Source: an uncultured virus (IMG/VR IMGVR_UViG_3300033074_001537) (taxonomy: Duplodnaviria > Heunggongvirae > Uroviricota > Caudoviricetes). Taken from it: a DNA stretch of 20,000 nucleotides. Shown piece by piece: positions 15,159-20,000 of the stretch. The translations under genes were made by a program, and so were the position numbers. How positions within the stretch are numbered: the stretch's first letter is position 1; each line of letters starts with the position of its first letter. Below the pieces are notes generated by a model. It saw only the letters and a program-made list of their open reading frames with translations, ran no database searches and was not told where the DNA came from. Location of the stretch: the IMG/VR virus record IMGVR_UViG_3300033074_001537; one strand, given 5' to 3'.

Positions 15159-17156
15159 CTAGGTGAGCGTGCGGGTGATGACCACGCCCTCGCCGATGTT
15201 GGTCTGGAAGACCAGCACGTCGCCCGTGGCGAGCAGCCGAACGTCACCCATGATGACGTGAACGCCGGCCGCTTCGAGGTCGTTGGTGTTGCCGCTCTTG
15301 TCGTCCACCGAGTAGCCCGAGATGCGCTGCGCGGCGGGGTTGTTCTCGGACAGCAGACCGTCGAGAAACGCGATGACCTCCGACAGCGCAGCGTCCTTCC
15401 ACGCGTCGGTCATCGGCTGCTTGGCGAGCTGGTTCAGCCGGTTGGTGACCGAGTCTTGGATGAAGTCGGCCATGCGGCGACGCGAGATGTTCTTCTGGCC
15501 CGTCGTGAGCGACGTGGTCACACCGCTCTGGTAGATCGGGCCGGCGATGCGGTCGAAGCGCATCGCGACGATGCCCGCGGCGCGCAGCGCGATGTACTCG
15601 GCCATCGACAGGTCGGGCGTGCCGCGCGCGAACGCGAGGACGCTCGACATGAGTGTGGGCACGGGCTCGCTCGCCTGACCGGGGTTGCGCTCCGGCGGCA
15701 GGTTCGCCTCGACGCTCGCGAGGAGCACGTCGTTCGTCTCGTCGAGAACGCCGTCGCTCGTGGTGCTGCCGTCGCTCGTGGCGAGCGAGAACCCGACTGC
15801 CTCGGGCACCGAGTGCCGGTAGCCGGGCCACGCGTAGTCCGAGCGGTCGGTGCGGAAGCCGCCGACGCCGGGCGCGGTGCTGGCGAGCACGTTGTTGAAC
15901 GTGAGCTGGTTGACCGCGGGCGAGACGATCGTGCGCCGCGTGAGGCCGCGCTCGCTGGCCGTCAGAACGTGCGAGCGCAGCTTCGCGCCGATGGTGCTGT
16001 CCTTGCGGGCGGCGACGACGATGTTCACGTCGCGCATGGGCTCGGCGTCCGACATCAACGCGTCGATGGCACGCTCGTACCGCGCGCGGATCGTGGCGTT
16101 GGTCGCGGCGTTGGGCGCGTGCACGTTGGCGTCGTAGGTGAGCGCGGTGCCGGGGCTGACGCGCATCCCGAGGCCCGAGAGCACATCCCACGAACTCGCC
16201 GTCGCCGCGTCGGGCACCACCGTCGGCGTGCACGACGTACCGGCCGAGATCGTGGCGTCGAGCGGGCGTGCAGGCACCGTGTACCCGCCGGCCTCGGTCG
16301 CGTTGTGGTCGCGACCGTCCACCGCGGACGAGTCCGCGGTGCGGCCGACGTGCAGTCGGTACGCGAGCGAGCCCTCCGTGCTGAACGCGAAGTTGGAGCC
16401 GTCGAGCTTCTCCACTTCGAGGGCGGTGGCGCTCGTGCGGGTGTTCACGCGGAGGGTGAGCGTGTTCGCGGCGTTGTTGGTGCCGAGCACGCCGACCACG
16501 AGGATGTCGCCCTCTTTGACGCCCTCGTTGACGAAGTCGCCGGCCGCGCTCGTGAAGGTCTGCGTCGCGGCGGCAACCGCCGTGGTGACGGAGCCGTCGG
16601 TGCCCGTCTTGTACGCCGCGTCGGCGCCGAACGTGACCGCCTTCGCCAGCCGCACGCGGTTGCTGCCAGAGAGAAACTCCCGGCCGGCGAGCACCGTCGC
16701 GCCGGCCACGGGGACGATGGGCGACGGGTCCGAGGCGCTCTTGTTCGTCGGCAGGTCGCGCCAGACGCGCACACCCTTGTTCGTGCCGCTACCCGGCGTG
16801 ACGATGTCCACCGGGGCGACGATCAGCCGGGGGAAGCGCTTGTTGCGGAGCGCCGCGAAGGCGTTGCCCAGGTCCGCCCCGAACTTGCCGATCGTCTCGT
16901 CCCAGCCGCCGAACTTGTTGAGCAGGTCTTGCGCGCCGAACACCTCCGTGGGCGTCACGCGCGTAGACAGGTCGCCGTTGGCGGCCACGGTCACCGCGTA
17001 GCCGCAGTCGGCGCACTCGCCAACCATCGCCACGCAGCCCGTGCCGACACCCTGAATGGACGCAGTCGGCGGCAGGTCGATGACCACCGCACCCTCGATC
17101 TGCGTGAGAACTTCCTTCGGCGGAAAGTAGCCGAAGCGTCGAACGAACCCTGCCAT
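15159..17156 (-). CDS. Contractile tail sheath protein, 665 aa
   Basis: N-terminal VVIDLPPTASIQGVGTGCVAMVG...QDLLNKFGG and C-terminal YQSGVTTSLTTGQKNISRRRMADFIQDS...FLDGLLSENNPAAQRISGYSVD sheath signatures. AGGAG RBS. Confidence 0.93.
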   Translation of the reverse strand: MAGFVRRFGYFPPKEVLTQIEGAVVIDLPPTASIQGVGTGCVAMVGECADCGYAVTVAANGDLSTRVTPTEVFGAQDLLNKFGGWDETIGKFGADLGNAFAALRNKRFPRLIVAPVDIVTPGSGTNKGVRVWRDLPTNKSASDPSPIVPVAGATVLAGREFLSGSNRVRLAKAVTFGADAAYKTGTDGSVTTAVAAATQTFTSAAGDFVNEGVKEGDILVVGVLGTNNAANTLTLRVNTRTSATALEVEKLDGSNFAFSTEGSLAYRLHVGRTADSSAVDGRDHNATEAGGYTVPARPLDATISAGTSCTPTVVPDAATASSWDVLSGLGMRVSPGTALTYDANVHAPNAATNATIRARYERAIDALMSDAEPMRDVNIVVAARKDSTIGAKLRSHVLTASERGLTRRTIVSPAVNQLTFNNVLASTAPGVGGFRTDRSDYAWPGYRHSVPEAVGFSLATSDGSTTSDGVLDETNDVLLASVEANLPPERNPGQASEPVPTLMSSVLAFARGTPDLSMAEYIALRAAGIVAMRFDRIAGPIYQSGVTTSLTTGQKNISRRRMADFIQDSVTNRLNQLAKQPMTDAWKDAALSEVIAFLDGLLSENNPAAQRISGYSVDDKSGNTNDLEAAGVHVIMGDVRLLATGDVLVFQTNIGEGVVITRTLT

Positions 17157-17165
17157 TGGGCGCTC

Positions 17166-17840
17166 CTACGTTGAGGTTGTTGCTGCGTCGGCTCCCTCGG
17201 ACACCGCGAGATCGAACCGGGGAGATGTAGCTTGTGTGAGGTAAAACGCCCGCAATTGCAGGCACGTCGCCTGGATTGAAAACGACGCGGCGCGCAAGCG
17301 TCGCTGCGACCCATCGCTGTCGTCGCGATACGAGCAGCGCATCAGCTCGTAGGTCGCGTGCGCTCCGTGGTAGTGCGGCAGCACGAGCCGGACCCCGTAC
17401 ATCCAGTGCACAGGGTTGAGCCCGTCTTCGACCAGCTTCACGCACGCCATGCGTTCCACGGGGTCGTTGGCGTAGAGCTCTACGCTGAGCTCCAGCGAGA
17501 GCTCGGACAGCGCGGCGAGGTACGAGGTTTTCTTTGTGACCGGCGAGGTGAACTTCGCTTCGTTGATGACCTTGGGGGTCATGCGCGAAGCGTCGTACGT
17601 CAGGTCGCCGACCGCGTACACACATGCACTCGGAAACTTGCCGATCTCTTCGGCCTCAGCCCAGGTGTCGAGCACGCGCGCAAACCGAAAGGTTCTCGCA
17701 CGGCCGATCCCCTCTGTGCCGAGCGTTTCGAGATACTCCGCAAGCCCGCGCGTAACCGCCGTGCGCACGTCCGTCTCGACACGCGGTGTGTACGTCACGC
17801 GCTCGGCAGGGGTCGATACGAGGGTGGTTCGGTTAGACAC
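17166..17840 (-). CDS. Tail terminator / tail completion protein, ~224 aa
   Basis: Last neck gene before the sheath, with FPSACV and LSVELYANDPVERMACVKLVEDGL patterns. GTG 17840 overlapping the previous stop is the likely start (start uncertain). Confidence 0.65.
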   Translation of the reverse strand: MSNRTTLVSTPAERVTYTPRVETDVRTAVTRGLAEYLETLGTEGIGRARTFRFARVLDTWAEAEEIGKFPSACVYAVGDLTYDASRMTPKVINEAKFTSPVTKKTSYLAALSELSLELSVELYANDPVERMACVKLVEDGLNPVHWMYGVRLVLPHYHGAHATYELMRCSYRDDSDGSQRRLRAASFSIQATCLQLRAFYLTQATSPRFDLAVSEGADAATTST

Positions 17841-18327
17841 GGGAGCGGCTCGGAGCGGAGCGTAGCGCAGTTGCGACCAGGGTGTTGACCTGCGAAGCAA
17901 CCCGCTGACCCGCCACCGTGATGAAATTGCGACCGCGTAGCCCGTTCTTTTTCAACGTGCGCGCGATGGCGAAGGCTACCCGGCGGCGGTTTACGGGGCG
18001 AACCTGCGGCAGCTTGATCGCCACCCACTTCTGGATGTTGCGCACGTTGGGCATCTTGCCCTTCCACCGCGCACCGCTCGTGATCGCCCCGGCGTACTTC
18101 ATCGTGTTGGTGACGGCGATGAATTTCTTGCCGGTCGTAACGCGCCACGACTTGTAGAGGCCGCCCGTTGCGTAGGCGCCGGCTTCTTTCGTGGCTCGCT
18201 GAACTTCACGCAGGATGATCTTGCCGCTCTGGCGCAGCGCGTTCTCTACGGCGCGCTCGACCTCGGCCATGACCTTGCGCGGAATCTTGTCCAGCTTGTC
18301 GATGGGGATGTTCTGGCGGATCGGCAC
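17833..18327 (-). CDS. HK97 gp10-like neck / tail-completion protein, 164 aa
   Basis: Basic protein with ATGGLYKSW, VTNTMKYA, IQKWV, VAFAIARTLKKNGLRGRNF. Start reassigned to GTG 18327 (GAGGT upstream, 2 nt after the previous stop). Confidence 0.8.
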   Translation of the reverse strand: MPIRQNIPIDKLDKIPRKVMAEVERAVENALRQSGKIILREVQRATKEAGAYATGGLYKSWRVTTGKKFIAVTNTMKYAGAITSGARWKGKMPNVRNIQKWVAIKLPQVRPVNRRRVAFAIARTLKKNGLRGRNFITVAGQRVASQVNTLVATALRSAPSRSRV

Positions 18328-18329
18328 GG

Positions 18330-18887
18330 CTACCTCGTGAGGTTGCCGTCGTCGTCCGTGTCGTCGTACGCGCGGGTCACGTTCACCGACCACGCGAACT
18401 TGAGCGGCAAGTAGTTTGGGGTACCCGTCAGTGTAAACCGACGGCGCGACCCTTTCACGAGGCTGCCGGCAGCACGAGGGAAAAACACCTCGTAGTAGAA
18501 CTGCTCGTCCTCGTCGGCGGGCCGCCCGTCCCCGTGGTACCCGCGCAGTTGGTCTTCGGTGTACCGCGGGCTGATCTCCGCGATGCGCACTTGCCCGCGC
18601 TCGACGGACCCTACCGAGAGGATGTCTGCGGTGAGCGCTGAGAAGTCTTCCACCAGCGGCGTCGGCAACAATACGACGCGCTCAGTGATCTCTTCGACAC
18701 CATGCCCGCGCCGGCCCTCGCTCCACTTCGTCCACACGAGCGAGACTTGATACTGCCGTGCGCCAAGATCAGTCGCGATCTGCCGGATGCCGTCCACCGT
18801 CGGCGTGAGGGAGGCAACGAGGCTGTCTCGCACGCTCACGGCGGTCACCGTGTGAAAACACGGCTTGAACTTGCACCCGCACGACAT
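18330..18887 (-). CDS. Putative head closure (stopper) protein, 185 aa
   Basis: Beta-rich protein between the adaptor and the gp10-like gene, with a TGATG overlap. The function is assigned mainly from synteny. Confidence 0.6.
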   Translation of the reverse strand: MSCGCKFKPCFHTVTAVSVRDSLVASLTPTVDGIRQIATDLGARQYQVSLVWTKWSEGRRGHGVEEITERVVLLPTPLVEDFSALTADILSVGSVERGQVRIAEISPRYTEDQLRGYHGDGRPADEDEQFYYEVFFPRAAGSLVKGSRRRFTLTGTPNYLPLKFAWSVNVTRAYDDTDDDGNLTR

Positions 18888-19282
18888 CAGCGCACCGTCA
18901 GGTTACCGACCCGCGTGGATTTCAGCTTGGCCGAGAACGGATAGAGCGGCACACCGAGCGTATCTGCCAGACGGTTCGCCCAGCGGCGGTACTCGCCTTC
19001 GAGCTGGTCGAGGTGCTCGCGGCGAATCTCCATGTCCCCGAGTCGGTTGACTGCGAGGTTGCGCTGGCCCTCAACCAACTGGCACTCGATGTTGTCGAGC
19101 GTCTGAATGTGCTGCCGCACAATCGGGAGTGCCTCGTCGATGACGCGGTCCATCGCGTTCTCGACGAGAAATGCCGTCTGCAACGGGATCGGGATGCCCG
19201 CGTTGAGCGACGCGATGGCCGTCACGTTCGGGTACCCGAGGTGGTACCGAATGCGAACCTTCTCCGTGTCGCTCAGAGGCAT
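18887..19282 (-). CDS. Putative head-tail adaptor (connector) protein, 131 aa
   Basis: Helical ~130-aa protein, LSDTEKVRIRYHLGY...VNRLGDMEI...YRRWANRLADTLGVP. First neck gene, with a GGAG RBS. Confidence 0.65.
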   Translation of the reverse strand: MPLSDTEKVRIRYHLGYPNVTAIASLNAGIPIPLQTAFLVENAMDRVIDEALPIVRQHIQTLDNIECQLVEGQRNLAVNRLGDMEIRREHLDQLEGEYRRWANRLADTLGVPLYPFSAKLKSTRVGNLTVR

Positions 19283-19285
19283 GGG

Positions 19286-19597
19286 CTACTCCGCGATGGG
19301 TTCGAGCTGGGCCTTGGCCTCGTGAAGCGCCTGCATGTAGCTCGGGCCGCAGGCATCGGAAACCACCCGCCCTGCACGGAGCGTAGTGATCTGACCGTTG
19401 ACGTGCACGCGCACGTCGGCCTTGAGCCGGTACGCCTGCACACGAACGGGGGCCGCCGCGATGGGGGGCGGCGGCACGTTCGTGGTGATGTCCGCGTCCA
19501 CTTGGTCGAGCGCGTCCAGCGGATCGCTCGTGGGGGTGATCCCGCCGACCTTGGCGGCTTCCAGGGGATCAGCGACGGTTGCTCGCGTCTTCGCCAT
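19286..19597 (-). CDS. Hypothetical protein (likely virion/head-associated), 103 aa
   Basis: Low-complexity Pro/Ala N-half plus a small C-terminal domain (YRLKADVRVHVNGQITTLRAGRVV). GC3-rich codons; stop is 3 nt before the adaptor start. Confidence 0.75.
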   Translation of the reverse strand: MAKTRATVADPLEAAKVGGITPTSDPLDALDQVDADITTNVPPPPIAAAPVRVQAYRLKADVRVHVNGQITTLRAGRVVSDACGPSYMQALHEAKAQLEPIAE

Positions 19598-19609
19598 AGC
19601 GCGAGTGTA
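19598..19609 (-). promoter_or_regulatory. Putative -10 element for a leaderless transcript
   Basis: TACACT (19609-19604) then 6 nt then ATG (19597). No SD sequence upstream and no convincing -35. Confidence 0.45.
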
Positions 19610-19621
19610 AAGGGTGGCGGT

Positions 19622-19930
19622 GTCGGGTGCTAGACTCGTCTGCGGTGTTACAACGGATAACCGCCGAGGACGGACGCCGCTCGTTGTCTAGCACCCGACG
19701 GGGAGATCAAACGGCGAAGTTTGAGAGCTCCCTTCGACTCGCTCGCTCCCCGAAGGGTGCTGGAGATCGTACCGCCGAGATTGGGCGTGCTCATGGTGTG
19801 AACCAGAGGTTGCCCGACTCCTCACTGGTTGGCTGTCACGGCTATGCCGTGACCCACTGAGGCTGACCACCTAACTTGGCTGCCTGCCGGTGTTAGCGAA
19901 GGAAGCTCCCAAAGGGAGCCCGAGGTCGAA
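19622..19930 (-). ncRNA. Candidate structured non-coding RNA or long structured 5' leader (~310 nt), family not recognised
   Basis: It starts right after a sigma70-like promoter. Helices: 19930-19921/19741-19733; 19913-19897/19736-19720 (17 bp); 19853-19846/19842-19835 (8 bp perfect); C(UUCG)G hairpin at 19757-19748; 19699-19686/19635-19622 (14 bp perfect). No credible ORF. Confidence 0.6.
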
Positions 19931-19934
19931 ATTG

Positions 19935-19962
19935 ATTATGCCCGGCGCGCTGTAGAACGCAA
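19935..19962 (-). promoter_or_regulatory. Sigma70-like promoter (TTGCGT-N16-CATAAT)
   Basis: -35 at 19962-19957 and -10 at 19940-19935, followed by the AT-rich CAATTT, which is rare in this GC-rich window. Predicted TSS about 19928-19930. Confidence 0.7.
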
Positions 19963-19973
19963 GGGGCGTGCGG

Positions 19974-20000
19974 AGAAAAGCAGAAGGCCGAGGTTTCCCC
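19974..20000 (-). terminator. Probable intrinsic terminator, 3' half only (cut by the window edge)
   Basis: Minus strand GGG-GAAA-CCTCGGCC-TTCTGCTTTTCT looks like a GNRA loop, a GC-rich 3' arm and a U-rich tail. Most of the 5' arm lies outside the window. Confidence 0.5.

Noticed and set aside
4510..17156. Interpretation as an eCIS, T6SS or tailocin
   Set aside because: Adaptor-, closure- and gp10-like neck genes and a G/GT-type frameshift chaperone point to a headed phage. No AAA+ ATPase, PAAR, toxin cargo or membrane complex genes are seen.
14592..17174. 860-aa plus-strand ORF and other long plus-strand ORFs (e.g. 84-1028, 4696-6363, 10939-12729)
   Set aside because: Antisense shadows of GC3-biased minus-strand genes. 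They have Arg/Val/Gly/His-rich non-protein-like composition and fully overlap well-supported structural genes.
19699..19752. tRNA-like appearance (TTCGACTC, GGGGAG...CTCCCC) on the plus strand
   Set aside because: No GTTC T-arm stem, no D-arm or anticodon arm geometry, and too short for a cloverleaf.
19648..19870. Small ORFs in the structured region (60 aa at 19688-19870, 48 aa from ATG 19794, 77 aa on the plus strand)
   Set aside because: They lack the GC3 codon bias of real genes here and have no clear RBS. The region is better explained by RNA structure.
19755..19893. Plus-strand orientation for the structured RNA (GCCGAGATTGGG/CCTAACTTGGC pairs with G-U on plus)
   Set aside because: The promoter, the UUCG tetraloop and the G-U pairs of the 17-bp helix favour the minus strand. 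An antisense transcript cannot be strictly excluded.
1..20000. Stop-codon recoding, CRISPR array, introns/inteins, IS elements
   Set aside because: Genes are uninterrupted in the standard code and end in TAA, TAG or TGA. No spaced direct repeats, transposase or homing endonuclease were seen.

Overview
High-GC window holding one uninterrupted minus-strand virion morphogenesis operon of a contractile-tailed (myovirus-type) phage or prophage. Read in transcription order (right to left): the 3' half of a probable terminator at the window edge; a sigma70-like promoter; a ~310-nt densely structured non-coding region; a small hypothetical gene; four neck genes (adaptor, closure, gp10-like, terminator); sheath; tube; a tail assembly chaperone with a -1 frameshift extension; tape measure; tube initiator/LysM; hub; HxH spike; Ig-gp25-like wedge; baseplate J; a second J-related wedge protein; a fibre-attachment protein; a 14-codon mini-ORF; and a mosaic fibre gene of at least 1089 codons that runs off the left edge. 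The ORF track misses three minus-strand coding segments: the long fibre, the frameshift extension and the mini-ORF. The long plus-strand ORFs are antisense shadows. The most unusual elements are the promoter-driven structured RNA at about 19620-19930, which has two mutually exclusive folds, the mini-ORF plus RBS-sequestering hairpin before the fibre, and the rearranged J-paralog wedge protein. All functional calls come from motif recognition and gene order, not database searches.
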